Shown: positions 39,474 through 49,478 of the stretch, piece by piece
Layout of the letters: every line of letters begins with the position of its first letter
Position numbering within the stretch: position 1 is the first letter of the stretch
Source of the DNA: a bacterium
Lineage (GTDB): Bacteria > Hinthialibacterota > Hinthialibacteria > Hinthialibacterales > Hinthialibacteraceae
DNA length: 64,000 nucleotides
Assembly (NCBI GenBank): GCA_963662285.2
Contig: CAXXMV010000002.1
Location: forward strand, 1,344,001-1,408,000
Direction: 5' to 3'
Notes under the pieces: generated by a model
What the model was told of the DNA's origin: nothing
What the model saw: only the letters and a program-made list of their open reading frames with translations
Database searches by the model: none
Position numbers and translations under genes: made by a program

Positions 39474-40916
39474 TCACCCCCGCAGTTTCTTGATCAATAA
39501 CTCCTGCACCATATCGGGTTTGGCTTTACCGCGCGACTTGCGCATTACCTGACCAACCAGGAAATTAAGCGTTTGGTCTTTGCCGTTCTTGAAATCTTCA
39601 GCTGGACCAGCCTGCTCGGTGATTACTTCATCAACGAACTTTTCGATCTCGCCCGTATCGCTGACCATCTCCAGACCCTTGTCTTTTATGATCTTCTCCG
39701 GCATATCGCCAGTTTCGAGTACGGCGTTCAAAACCTTCTTGGCGATATTTTGGTTGATAGTTCCCTTGTCGAGTATCTGAGCTAGTTGCGCTAGATGTTG
39801 TGGAGTTATGTTCAGGTCGCCGATCTCTTTTTCATCTTCGCCGCCCAGATCACGCAGGATATAGACCATGATCCAGTTGCTGTATGTCTTGGGTGCATTA
39901 TGGATAGTGACGCATTCCTCAAAGAAATGAGCTACTTCTTTTTCAACCACCAGAACTCCGGCGTCATATTCTGGCAGGTCGTATTGCTCAATGAAGCGGC
40001 GCCGTTTGGCCTCGCGCAGTTCGGGCAGGTCGGCTTTCAATGCTTCCAGATAAGACCGCTCGATATGCACGGGAGGCAAATCCGGTTCGGGGAAGTAGCG
40101 GTAATCCTTGGCGCCTTCCTTAACCCGCATGGAACGGGTCTCTTCGCGTACGTCATCCCACAACCGGGTCTCCTGGATTACATGTCCGCCATCCTCCAGT
40201 ATCTCGGTTTGACGACGCATCTCATAATCCAAAGCCTTCATAACCGATTTGACCGAGCCGACGTTTTTGATTTCAACCTTGGTGCCATATTCCTCTTGTC
40301 CCTTGGGACGCATGGAAATATTAAGTTCGAAGCGCAGCGAGCCTTCCTGCATTTTGCAATCGCTCACTTCCAGATAACGCAGCAGGCTGCGCATGGTCTC
40401 CATAAAGGTCTCCGCTTCAACCGGAGTGCGCAGATCAGGTTCACTGACGATTTCCAGCAGCGAGGTGCCAGCGCGGTTAAGGTCAACCAGAGATACCGTG
40501 CGCCCTTTGTATGTGTCATGCATAAGTTTACCGGCGTCTTCTTCCAGATGAATATTATGAATGCCGATGACTTTCTCGGTTCCGTCGGGCAGCAGGATAG
40601 TAAAGGTTCCATGACGCCCCAGCGGCTGATATTCCTGAGATATCTGATAATTCTTGGGTAGATCGGGATAGTAATAATTTTTACGGTCAAACTCAGTAGT
40701 TTCGGGGATATCGCAATCCATCGCTAAAGCCACTTTGAGCGATAACTCCATTGATTTTTTATTAAGCACTGGCAGCGTTCCGGGCAATCCCAGGCAGACC
40801 GGATTAACGAAAGTATTGGGAGCGCCGCCGAATTCAGCGCGGGTCGTGCTGAACACCTTAGATTTAGCAGCCAGTTCCACATGCGTCTCAAAGCCGATGA
40901 CCGGTTCAAATTCCAT
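39474..40916 (-). CDS. gatB: Asp-tRNA(Asn)/Glu-tRNA(Gln) amidotransferase subunit B
   Basis: IGFETHVEL, FDRKNYYYPDLPKNYQISQ, HLEEDAGK, DLNRAG, DYRYFPEPDL, GQVMRKSRGKA; true start MEFEP at 40916. Confidence 0.96.
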   Translation of the reverse strand: MEFEPVIGFETHVELAAKSKVFSTTRAEFGGAPNTFVNPVCLGLPGTLPVLNKKSMELSLKVALAMDCDIPETTEFDRKNYYYPDLPKNYQISQEYQPLGRHGTFTILLPDGTEKVIGIHNIHLEEDAGKLMHDTYKGRTVSLVDLNRAGTSLLEIVSEPDLRTPVEAETFMETMRSLLRYLEVSDCKMQEGSLRFELNISMRPKGQEEYGTKVEIKNVGSVKSVMKALDYEMRRQTEILEDGGHVIQETRLWDDVREETRSMRVKEGAKDYRYFPEPDLPPVHIERSYLEALKADLPELREAKRRRFIEQYDLPEYDAGVLVVEKEVAHFFEECVTIHNAPKTYSNWIMVYILRDLGGEDEKEIGDLNITPQHLAQLAQILDKGTINQNIAKKVLNAVLETGDMPEKIIKDKGLEMVSDTGEIEKFVDEVITEQAGPAEDFKNGKDQTLNFLVGQVMRKSRGKAKPDMVQELLIKKLRG

Positions 40917-40952
40917 TTTTTTATTCACCTTACTATTATGTATTTCAACGTC

Positions 40953-41044
40953 GTAGGGGCAATCCCTTGTGGGCGCCCGGTTACGGTTCAACTTTCTATT
41001 TATAGGCATCTTTCATCCAGGGCGCCCACGAGAGGCGCCCCTAC
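40953..41044. repeat. Inverted GTAG REP doublet (REPIN-like, family C)
   Basis: GTAGGGGCAATCCCTTGTGGGCGCCC (40953-40978) faces GGGCGCCCACGAGAGGCGCCCCTAC (41020-41044). Confidence 0.8.
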
Positions 41045-41221
41045 AAACAAAATTGAATTAATTCCATGACCAGGATTGTAGCAACAAGCCGCGCCCTCCC
41101 GAAGATCAAGCCTATCTCTGTTGATTGCTCAAATGCCTAAGCGGGAGTATGATACTCTATCTATTTCAGAATAATTCAAATCGGTTAAATCCCCGGTTTT
41201 CTATTCATATTGGAGAGTTTC

Positions 41222-42745
41222 ATGAAAGATTCATTTTATTTATCCACCGCTATAGCCTATGTTAACGGTAAGCCTCACGTTGGTCATGCCTATGAATTCA
41301 TCGCTTCAGACGCCATCTGCCGCTATCAACGCATGATCGGCAAGAAGGTTTTTTTCCTCTCAGGAGTAGACGAACACAGCGCCCAGGTTGAGAAAGCGGC
41401 GCGTGAAGAAGGCCTGCCCACCCAGGAATATTGCGACAAAATGGCGGTAGTATTCACCGAACTGCACGAGAAACTGGGAACCAAACTCGATGGCTTCGTA
41501 CGCACCAGCGAGCCGCGTCATCATGATACCACCAAAGAACTGCTGCGCCGTTCTTACGAAAAAGGCGATATTTACCAGGGACATTATGAAGGTTGGTACT
41601 GCGACGCCTGCGAACGCTATTACCAGGATGATGAATTGGATGAAGGCAATGAATGCCCCACTCACAAACGCCCCTGCCAATGGCTCAAAGAAGAAAACTA
41701 TTTCTTTAAATTAAGCAATTATACCGAAGCGATGAAAAAGCATTATGAGCAGTGTCCTACATTCACTCAGCCCGAAGGATATAAAAATGAGATGCTGGCT
41801 TTGCTGGATCAGGGACTCCGCGACATAAGCATATCGCGCTCCACCACTACATGGGGCATTCCCCTGCCTTGGGATGAAAGCCATGTGGCCTATGTCTGGT
41901 TTGATGCATTGTCAAATTACATAACTGGCGTTGGCTTCCTTAAGGATGATGAACTATTCAATACCTTCTGGCCTGCGGATATTCATGTTATCGGTAAAGA
42001 CATCAACCGCTTCCACTCGGTCCTATGGCCCGCCATGCTCATGTCATGCGACATCCCCCTGCCCAAGCAGATACTGATACACGGCTTTATCTACCATAAA
42101 GGCGAGAAGATGTCCAAGACCATCGGTAACATTATTGATCCCCTGGCATTGATCGACGCCTATGGCCGCGACCCGCTGCGTTACTTTTTGCTAAGCGAAG
42201 TTGCTTTCGGGCAGGACGGCAATTATTCCGAAGAAGCGCTTATCAACCGTTATAACGCCGATCTGGCCAACGATCTGGGCAACTTGACATCGAGAGTACT
42301 CTCTATGGTCAAGAAATACCGTGACAAAGTGGTGCCCGATCCGACAGAATTTAATGACAGCCTGCGTGAGGATATAGCCAAGACGCGCCAATCTTACCGC
42401 GAGCACATGGATAACAACGCGCTGCATCTAGGACTGGGTGTAATCTGGGATTTGATATCTAACGCCAATAAATACGTAGACGAGCAAGCCCCCTGGACGT
42501 TAGCCAAAGATGAGAGCAAGAAAAACGACCTGGATCGAGTATTACTCAACCTGGTCGAAACCCTGCGCGCCACTGCAGTAATGATATATCCCGTAATGCC
42601 GGATATTTCAACCGAAATGCTAAATCGCCTCTCCTGCCCCATAGAAGGAGATTTCCCCCTGCTAAGCGATTTAGAACAACCAAACCAATGCGCCGGAAAA
42701 ACCATAGAACCAGGCAAAAGCCTGTTCCCAAGGATTGAAAAATAA
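41222..42745 (+). CDS. metG: Methionyl-tRNA synthetase, short form without the C-terminal tRNA-binding appendix
   Basis: YVNGKPHVGH (HIGH), GVDEH, CxxC knuckle, YVWFDAL, GKDI, KMSKT, ends LFPRIEK. Confidence 0.95.
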   Translation: MKDSFYLSTAIAYVNGKPHVGHAYEFIASDAICRYQRMIGKKVFFLSGVDEHSAQVEKAAREEGLPTQEYCDKMAVVFTELHEKLGTKLDGFVRTSEPRHHDTTKELLRRSYEKGDIYQGHYEGWYCDACERYYQDDELDEGNECPTHKRPCQWLKEENYFFKLSNYTEAMKKHYEQCPTFTQPEGYKNEMLALLDQGLRDISISRSTTTWGIPLPWDESHVAYVWFDALSNYITGVGFLKDDELFNTFWPADIHVIGKDINRFHSVLWPAMLMSCDIPLPKQILIHGFIYHKGEKMSKTIGNIIDPLALIDAYGRDPLRYFLLSEVAFGQDGNYSEEALINRYNADLANDLGNLTSRVLSMVKKYRDKVVPDPTEFNDSLREDIAKTRQSYREHMDNNALHLGLGVIWDLISNANKYVDEQAPWTLAKDESKKNDLDRVLLNLVETLRATAVMIYPVMPDISTEMLNRLSCPIEGDFPLLSDLEQPNQCAGKTIEPGKSLFPRIEK

Positions 42746-42746
42746 T

Positions 42747-42793
42747 CCAAGCGTAGGGTGGGTCGGCCTCATCGACCCACCAAAAATCCACCC
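42747..42793. repeat. GTAG-type REP element, family A
   Basis: 43/47 identical to 16000-16046; immediately after the metG stop. Confidence 0.8.
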
Positions 42794-42805
42794 GATCATA
42801 AAAAA

Positions 42806-42841
42806 ATCCAGATCATCCTGAAAATCCTGGCTATCCAGATT
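42806..42841. repeat. Four tandem 9-nt units ATCC(A/T)GNNN
   Basis: ATCCAGATC ATCCTGAAA ATCCTGGCT ATCCAGATT. Confidence 0.6.
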
Positions 42842-42856
42842 CAGACAAAAAAAGCA

Positions 42857-45649
42857 TTACTTAGTTCGGGAAAAAATCACTCGAAACCCAATGCTGAAAT
42901 AATGGTAATCCCAACTGTACCCGCGGCGTAAAGACGACCGGCATTTTCTTGCTATGTCATGCAAGCAACCGCCCCTAACAATACGGTTCGAACCTTCACG
43001 ATTTTTTGTATTAATCCATACCTGTCCATCATCTGGCGCACCATCATAATTATCATGCCAATCACATTCACACCATTCCCAGACATTTCCACTCATGTCA
43101 TGAATTTGCCATTTATTCGGTTCTTTCACGCCAACCTCATGAGTTTTTCCCTCAGAGTTGTTTCTATACCAACAGTATTTATCGATTAATTTATATTCTG
43201 GATCATCTCCCCAATAAAACCGTGTGCTGGTTCCAGCCCGGCAGGCATATTCCCATTCAGCTTCAGAAGGTAATCTGAATTCCCATTTGAAAACGCTTTT
43301 ATTTAATTTAGCGATAAATTGTCTGCATTCAGTCCAGGATACGTTTTCAACAGGATGATTTGGATTGCCTTTGAATTCTGAAGGATTGTTCTCCATCACC
43401 GCTTCCCATTGCGCCTGGGTAACGGGATATTTACCCATATAAAACTCATTTTTTATATTTACTGTATGCTGCGGTCCTTCGTTGTTATTTCTATCTTTTT
43501 CACTCTCAGGGCTGCCCATTATAAATGCCCCGGGCTGGATTAAAACCAATTCCAATGGTTTTAATCCCTTTTCTAAATACAAGTCAGCCAAAATCGTATC
43601 ACCCGTACTACTCTCAACGATATCAAGGGATAGATTTGGCGTTTTCTTTTTCGTTGCTGCTTTCTTCTTTGTTGCTGTTTTCTTTTTTACGGTTGATTTC
43701 TTTTTCGCAGCTGTTTTTTTCTTGGCAGCCGTTTTCGTCTTGGATTCTATAGTAGTATCAACTTCCTCAATATCCTCTTCCTCTTTTTCTTCTGTTGAAG
43801 AACCAATCGTTGCTATTTTAGGTAGTATTTTCAGTAATTGATTAAGACTCAGATCAGCCAGGGTATAGTCTGTCTCCTCCAGCCCTTCAATCCGTTGCCC
43901 CAAGAAAGTCAATAAATCTGGACGTTTCGACCATCGTTTGTAATACCGGTTAATCTCATTTGCTTTAGGTTCTTTGTCTTCAAACGCCTTGCGTTGCAGT
44001 TTGGAAAGTAATTGATGGTCCCTATCCAGGTCATACATAAATATGGGCCATGCCAGGCTTATGGCCACGAATTTGCCTAATTTTTCCAGCGTAATATCGT
44101 TCGCCGTGGGTGACTCTTTTAATATACCGGTTTCATAACCAATACATATTTGGAGGCGGAAAAGATTGATAAACTGCTTTATACGCCGGGGATTATAATT
44201 AAGCGCCGAAGCCGTCATGATTTGAATCTGCTTAATCCGGTCAGAATCCTGTCCGAAAGCAATCTTGAGTAATTTTGCTATTTTTTGATCAGCCTCTTTT
44301 TTCTGGTCTTGCTTTACTGATTCAATCTTCACGTCTGTTTTAGAAGTCTTACTGGCTGTGATAGGTTTTTCAGATTCTTTCGGATCAGGAGTATAGCCAG
44401 AGATTTTACCGGATTCACGATCTTCAGGCTCGGTATAATAATCAATTATCTTCTTATAGATTTTTAATGAATATTGTTTGATGCTTTGTATGCGCGATGC
44501 CCACTTATCCCGGTTTTCTTCTTCTGGTTTTTCACTTAATGAATTTAGATAAGTAATAAGGTCTTCTTGATCCGCTTGAGGGATTCTGAATGGAATCTGA
44601 ATGAATTTTTCAATAAACTGGTAACCATATTCCAAACCGTCGCAAGGATCGTTCTTGGCTTTTTGCTGCTCAGTTTCCTGCGAATTGATTGAGTGAGCGG
44701 ATAAGTAAGGCAGGATTTTTTCGCTTTTCACAGCGATACCGGCGGCGACCTTCTCCCGGTCCAGGCCCATAATAAATATAAGGGGCAAGTCTTCGGAAAT
44801 CATCAAATTGATGGCCTGCATCAACTCCGCCGCCTTGGGAATCTCGCATCGATCAAGGTCATCGATAAAAACGAAAATCTTCTTGCCTTTTGCATACGCT
44901 TCAACAATTTTCTTGAAATCGGCATGAAATTTCTCGATGAAAGCAATCCGCCCTTCATAATCAGGTGATTTGATGTGTTTTTTGAGATTGATTTCAAGGG
45001 GATTTGCCAGATGCTCTTTCAGTTTCAGAGCAATGCTTTTCATATAGGGGAATAAGACGAATAATCCACTTCCACAAACTATTCCATTGATACCTTTTTC
45101 CATCATTCCAGGTTTTGATGATAAAGATAAATTAAAAATGAAATCAATGAATCGTATGGGCTGGTTAGATACCCAGGATAAGCCAAACATACTCAAGAAC
45201 AAAAACCATAAACAAAACCACAATAACCATCCTATCGCTGAGGTTAAAACTAAAAACAAATCTTTCCATCCATTATGCAAGTCAATTCGTTTAATGCGAA
45301 GATGCCAAAATCCTTGCAAACATTCACACCATGTAACTTCTTGGGGAATCTGATTGAGAAATTCCAAAGCGAAGGCCGCCCATAATGCATCCTCTTTATC
45401 GTGCCTCCAGGCATTAAAATGAATGGTGATGTGATTTTCTTTCTCAAGAGCGTCTTGCAGTAAATTCATAAAAGTCGATTTACCAGCGCCCCATTCTCCT
45501 TCAACTGACATAGTCAGAGGGGGGATAGTATCTTCATCACTCAAAAACCGCTCAATCGCATGCACATAGGGATCAAAACCCAGCGCATCTTTTGAACTGA
45601 TTTGATCACGAACTAAACCTTTTTTTATGGATTCACGTTCATTAACCAT
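42857..45649 (-). CDS. KAP-family P-loop NTPase fused to a C-terminal FGE-sulfatase (SUMF1/C-type lectin fold) domain
   Basis: DALG, Walker A GEWGAGKST, FNAWRH, TM insert, Walker B FIDDLDRC, EKFIQIPF, NPRRIK; FGE motifs FIMGS, PVTQAQW, FRLPSEAEWEYACRAG, DMSGNVWEW, GFRV. Confidence 0.9.
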   Translation of the reverse strand: MVNERESIKKGLVRDQISSKDALGFDPYVHAIERFLSDEDTIPPLTMSVEGEWGAGKSTFMNLLQDALEKENHITIHFNAWRHDKEDALWAAFALEFLNQIPQEVTWCECLQGFWHLRIKRIDLHNGWKDLFLVLTSAIGWLLWFCLWFLFLSMFGLSWVSNQPIRFIDFIFNLSLSSKPGMMEKGINGIVCGSGLFVLFPYMKSIALKLKEHLANPLEINLKKHIKSPDYEGRIAFIEKFHADFKKIVEAYAKGKKIFVFIDDLDRCEIPKAAELMQAINLMISEDLPLIFIMGLDREKVAAGIAVKSEKILPYLSAHSINSQETEQQKAKNDPCDGLEYGYQFIEKFIQIPFRIPQADQEDLITYLNSLSEKPEEENRDKWASRIQSIKQYSLKIYKKIIDYYTEPEDRESGKISGYTPDPKESEKPITASKTSKTDVKIESVKQDQKKEADQKIAKLLKIAFGQDSDRIKQIQIMTASALNYNPRRIKQFINLFRLQICIGYETGILKESPTANDITLEKLGKFVAISLAWPIFMYDLDRDHQLLSKLQRKAFEDKEPKANEINRYYKRWSKRPDLLTFLGQRIEGLEETDYTLADLSLNQLLKILPKIATIGSSTEEKEEEDIEEVDTTIESKTKTAAKKKTAAKKKSTVKKKTATKKKAATKKKTPNLSLDIVESSTGDTILADLYLEKGLKPLELVLIQPGAFIMGSPESEKDRNNNEGPQHTVNIKNEFYMGKYPVTQAQWEAVMENNPSEFKGNPNHPVENVSWTECRQFIAKLNKSVFKWEFRLPSEAEWEYACRAGTSTRFYWGDDPEYKLIDKYCWYRNNSEGKTHEVGVKEPNKWQIHDMSGNVWEWCECDWHDNYDGAPDDGQVWINTKNREGSNRIVRGGCLHDIARKCRSSLRRGYSWDYHYFSIGFRVIFSRTK

Positions 45650-45789
45650 TTCGGCGCCCTGAAATTGATTCGCATGAATCTATTATCTCATGGATGCATA
45701 TAATAAATCAACTGTAGTATAGGAAATGGATCGTGCCTGACCGACTCATATTTAAGGCTTCTGATAATATCTAAAGTTATTTCAAAACC

Positions 45790-46086
45790 CTAAGGGTAAT
45801 CTTTCATATCCAAACATTTCTCCCTGTTACGGTGCTTTTCAATTATCTCATCAGGAATGAAATGAATCGCCATGATCACCAGGAGCGGAATGATCACCAG
45901 ATCATCAAGTTGACCAATAACCGGAATGAAATCCGGGATCAAGTCGAAAGGCATCATCAAATAGCCCACTGCAAGACCGAGTAGGCATTTCGCCGCCATA
46001 GGAGTACTCTTGTCTCTCAGAATTCCATGGTATACGCAAATTTCCCTCTTAAAAGCGTTGCCAATCTTATGGAATTTTTCAAGCAT
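45790..46086 (-). CDS. YkvA/DUF1232-family small membrane protein
   Basis: YLMMPFDLIPDFIPVIGQLDD signature. Confidence 0.88.
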   Translation of the reverse strand: MLEKFHKIGNAFKREICVYHGILRDKSTPMAAKCLLGLAVGYLMMPFDLIPDFIPVIGQLDDLVIIPLLVIMAIHFIPDEIIEKHRNREKCLDMKDYP

Positions 46087-46298
46087 GAGATAGTCCTAAA
46101 CGAGGCATGGCAAGAATCAATTGTTGAATCTAGCGTGATTATCAAAAAAATGTTCGTTTATTGTCACGCATGGTAATAGAAAAATAAAGTGTTATTTGAT
46201 TCGTGGGGGAAAAACTATTCAATATTTACACATGACTTTTGAATCTTATCAGTTAAAATAGTATTATTGGTTTTAATAATATAGTGGAGGTATGATGT

Positions 46299-47069
46299 AT
46301 GCGCTTCTCAGTGAGAATTCCCAATCTTTTGATTCCTCTATTATTTATTGCAGTTTGCTTATTTATGACATATCCAACCTTCGGGCAGGCATCCAGAATT
46401 AATATCTACGCGGTGGGCGACAGCATCACCTGGGGGCAAGCCTTTGGCAGCGGGCATGATTATCCCAGCCAGCTGCGGAAGAAATTCACCGACCGTGGGT
46501 TAGATGTGCGCGTTACTAATCACGGCATATCCGGCTATACCGTCGGCGATATATTAGACGAATGGAAGAAACCCAGTAAAGCAAGGATTTTTGCACGCAT
46601 GGACGTGCATTTTGTCCTGATAATGCTTGGAACCAATGATACCCGCGTGGGTGATGAAACTCCAACTGATACCTATGTTGAACGTATGAATGAGTTGGTT
46701 GATCTGTTTTTGAAAGTTGAGAATTCCGATGGAAGCCATCCACAGGTAATTCTCTCATTAATTCCCCCGCATAATTCTCCAAAAGACGGCGAGAACATGG
46801 CTAGTAATTTTAAGGATCGTTTTATTCATCGCGACCGGATACCCGGCGAGTTGAATCCTGAATTAATCAAGATTGCGCAGGAAAAAAGTTTGATGCTGGT
46901 CGATAATTACAGCCCATTAAAAGCGATGGGACCTGATATTCTGCCTGATGGATTGCATCCCGCACAGGAAGGAAACACCATATTAGCGGAAACGTGGTAT
47001 AATGCTCTATTGCCTTTAGTTGATCCGACTGCCTGCGTTGATAAATGTATTTATGAATTGATGAAATGA
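46299..47069 (+). CDS. Secreted SGNH/GDSL hydrolase
   Basis: GDSIT (block I), NHGISG, LGTND, DGLHP. Confidence 0.9.
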   Translation: MRFSVRIPNLLIPLLFIAVCLFMTYPTFGQASRINIYAVGDSITWGQAFGSGHDYPSQLRKKFTDRGLDVRVTNHGISGYTVGDILDEWKKPSKARIFARMDVHFVLIMLGTNDTRVGDETPTDTYVERMNELVDLFLKVENSDGSHPQVILSLIPPHNSPKDGENMASNFKDRFIHRDRIPGELNPELIKIAQEKSLMLVDNYSPLKAMGPDILPDGLHPAQEGNTILAETWYNALLPLVDPTACVDKCIYELMK

Positions 47070-47150
47070 TCCAATGAATTAAAGTCTGTCTTAAAATCAA
47101 TATTCAAAATATAGAATTACCATATTGTTTTATGAGAAAGGGTTAAAATT

Positions 47151-48254
47151 ATGAAGAGACTGGCATTAATTGCAGTACTGGCATTTGGTCTAGTGGGTTG
47201 CAGCGCAATCCAAAAGCGACCGGATCTAACAATTCAACCTGTCGTTCCCCAGCAAGGTGAATTCATAGCGGTCGATCAGGCAATTATTATCGCAGATAGT
47301 TCTTCATCGATGAGAATCAGTAAAATTCGTTTTATGCGGGATATGGTGTACACCTTAACCGGAACCATGCCAGATGGAGATTATGAGGCTGGTATGATTG
47401 CCTTTGGAGGCGACAAGACGCTGGTTACAGGATTGCAACCATTCAACCGGAATCTTATACAGAATAAAGCGATTAAAATGCCCTACTTAGGTGGAACGAC
47501 GCATTTGGAAACAGTATTAGAAAAAGCCTTTGCCATGATCGGAACATCAACCGGTAAAACCGCCGTAATTCTCTTTTCAGATGGATTGCCATCGAAGATA
47601 GAATATGCCTTGGCTGCAGCGCAAAAACTGGCTGATCACCCCAGTTCTAATGTTTGCCTGCATACCGTGTTGATTGGCGACAATGAAAATGGCGCCGATT
47701 TTCTACAATCAGTAGCAAGTTTAACGCCATGCGGTAGTTTCCGTTACGGCGATTCTCTTGTGGATCTCAGTGAGATGCATGAATACGTTCGTCATGTATT
47801 TTTGGCTTTAATGCCGGAAAAAGACGATGTGATTCCAGATAGTGATAATGACGGCGTGCTTGATCCTGATGATGAGTGTCCCGATACTCCAAGAGGCGCT
47901 AAAGTTGATGCGCGTGGTTGCTGGACTATCCCCGGCCTTACATTCGAGCGCGATAAATCGGATATCCGTCCGGAATTTTTCCCACGCCTTAACGGCGTCG
48001 CCAAGGTATTGAAAGATAATCCAAATCTGCGCATTTACATTGATGGTCACACCTGCTCCATCGCTACAGAGAAATACAATCAGGCTTTGTCAACCAGTAG
48101 ATCTGAAATGGTCAAATCCTACATGGTGGACAAAGGTATAGATGAATCGCGCCTGGTTCCCCGTGGATTTGGTGAAACCAAACCGATTCTACCTAATGAT
48201 AGTGAAGAGAATATGTCTAAAAACCGTCGGGTGGAATTGAAAGTCATCAAGTAA
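47151..48254 (+). CDS. Lipoprotein with VWA domain, TSP3-like repeat and OmpA C-terminal domain
   Basis: Lipobox LVGC; MIDAS DSSSSM..T..SDG; DSDNDGVLD; GHT..YN..LS..R..GFGE..NRRVE. Confidence 0.9.
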   Translation: MKRLALIAVLAFGLVGCSAIQKRPDLTIQPVVPQQGEFIAVDQAIIIADSSSSMRISKIRFMRDMVYTLTGTMPDGDYEAGMIAFGGDKTLVTGLQPFNRNLIQNKAIKMPYLGGTTHLETVLEKAFAMIGTSTGKTAVILFSDGLPSKIEYALAAAQKLADHPSSNVCLHTVLIGDNENGADFLQSVASLTPCGSFRYGDSLVDLSEMHEYVRHVFLALMPEKDDVIPDSDNDGVLDPDDECPDTPRGAKVDARGCWTIPGLTFERDKSDIRPEFFPRLNGVAKVLKDNPNLRIYIDGHTCSIATEKYNQALSTSRSEMVKSYMVDKGIDESRLVPRGFGETKPILPNDSEENMSKNRRVELKVIK

Positions 48255-48289
48255 TATCTTACGAAGATAATCAATCTTCAACAACAAAT

Positions 48290-48323
48290 AACCGGGCGTG
48301 ATTAATATTGCGCCCGGTTTTTT
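48290..48323 (+). terminator. Intrinsic terminator
   Basis: AACCGGGCG..CGCCCGGTT followed by a T run. Confidence 0.75.
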
Positions 48324-48333
48324 GTTGATCTAT

Positions 48334-48362
48334 AAAAAAACCGCCCTATTAAGAGCGGTTTT
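48334..48362 (-). terminator. Intrinsic terminator for the convergent gene
   Basis: A7-CCGC..GCGG-T hairpin. Confidence 0.65.
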
Positions 48363-48399
48363 GTTGAATTTGATTGCTATGCCACTAACGATATTTATT

Positions 48400-49083
48400 T
48401 CAAGTAGCTTCTTCTAAAAGGATATAGATAAAACCGAAAGAACCTGGTATGTTACTGATCTTTTCAGTAAATTCACCTGTATCAACTTGTGTGGTTTTAT
48501 CCCCTTCTTTTACTTCTTTTTTGACTGGGACTTTCTCTACGGCTTTGTTGTAAAATGCTGAATAACGTTCGATGCCGATGTTCTCTCCGGATGCAGGATC
48601 CAATAATGGAACAATAATTGATCCTTCCAGGCGAGTCTTATTATCTTCCACCTGTTCGGTAGTCACTTCGATAATATCATCATTCTCGAAGGGATCAGCA
48701 ACATTGGGAAAGAGTTCATCAAAATGAGGCAGCGCGGTTATATACGAAATATGCTGCTCATCAGTGATTTCAATTTTTTTGCTGAAAGTCATAAGCATCT
48801 CATATTCATTGATATCGTTCGGTTCTTCTATAACAGTTTTCTTGTCTCCATCCGGGTCCATGCCATCCCGTGTAACATAAGCTTCATATTCCGAGCCTTT
48901 TTTGATGGCAAGGAATAGATATAGCCGCTTAATTTTGTACTCTTTACGCAGTTCTTCCGCTTTCTGAATCTTCTCGATATCCAGAAGATCAGGATTCAAA
49001 TAAGCGTTTTGTGAATAAGCAGATGTTGTTGCTATTCCCAAAATTAATATAAATGCTGCAAACCATGCTTGTTTACGTTGCAT
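48400..49083 (-). CDS. Secreted hypothetical acidic protein
   Basis: GGAGG SD; signal peptide (ATTSAYS-Q); no recognised motif. Confidence 0.75.
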   Translation of the reverse strand: MQRKQAWFAAFILILGIATTSAYSQNAYLNPDLLDIEKIQKAEELRKEYKIKRLYLFLAIKKGSEYEAYVTRDGMDPDGDKKTVIEEPNDINEYEMLMTFSKKIEITDEQHISYITALPHFDELFPNVADPFENDDIIEVTTEQVEDNKTRLEGSIIVPLLDPASGENIGIERYSAFYNKAVEKVPVKKEVKEGDKTTQVDTGEFTEKISNIPGSFGFIYILLEEAT

Positions 49084-49478
49084 AGTTGTACCTCCAATTC
49101 CGTGGGAGTTAATATCTCCTCCCTCGCCTCATGTTCAATTCATCACAAAATATAATAGTATAAAAAAGAGATACAATAGAATAAATTGTAATACAAAAAA
49201 ACAATAAATCAAGTAATAATAATATTTTTTTACATTATGAAAATATTATTATTCGAACAAAAAAATATTTTATTGCAAAGTTAATTTGATAATAATCCTA
49301 AATAATCTTGATATTCAATCTTGAAGCCGATTCAACTTAAACGCAAATTTTCGGCTAAATATTCAAAAAATAATAAAGGATTAATTACATTATTGGCAAT
49401 TCAATATTATAAGTCTCAAGAACTATGGGGAAAGTTCGTATTTAATGTGATATAAATATAATTTTCAATATTTGGTTA

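Noticed and set aside
39795-40661. 288-aa plus-strand ORF, and similar long antisense ORFs (e.g. 12008-12610, 31664-32317, 8228-8785)
   Set aside because: They lie fully antisense to conserved genes and show no motifs; typical codon-bias shadows.
40917-41009. N-terminal extension of GatB in the ORF track
   Set aside because: It reads through a REP doublet (RAPTRDCPY is REP-derived); GatB homology begins at MEFEPVIG (40916).
42857-43000. Complete diversity-generating retroelement
   Set aside because: No reverse transcriptase, Avd or template repeat in the window; kept only as a possible remote target.
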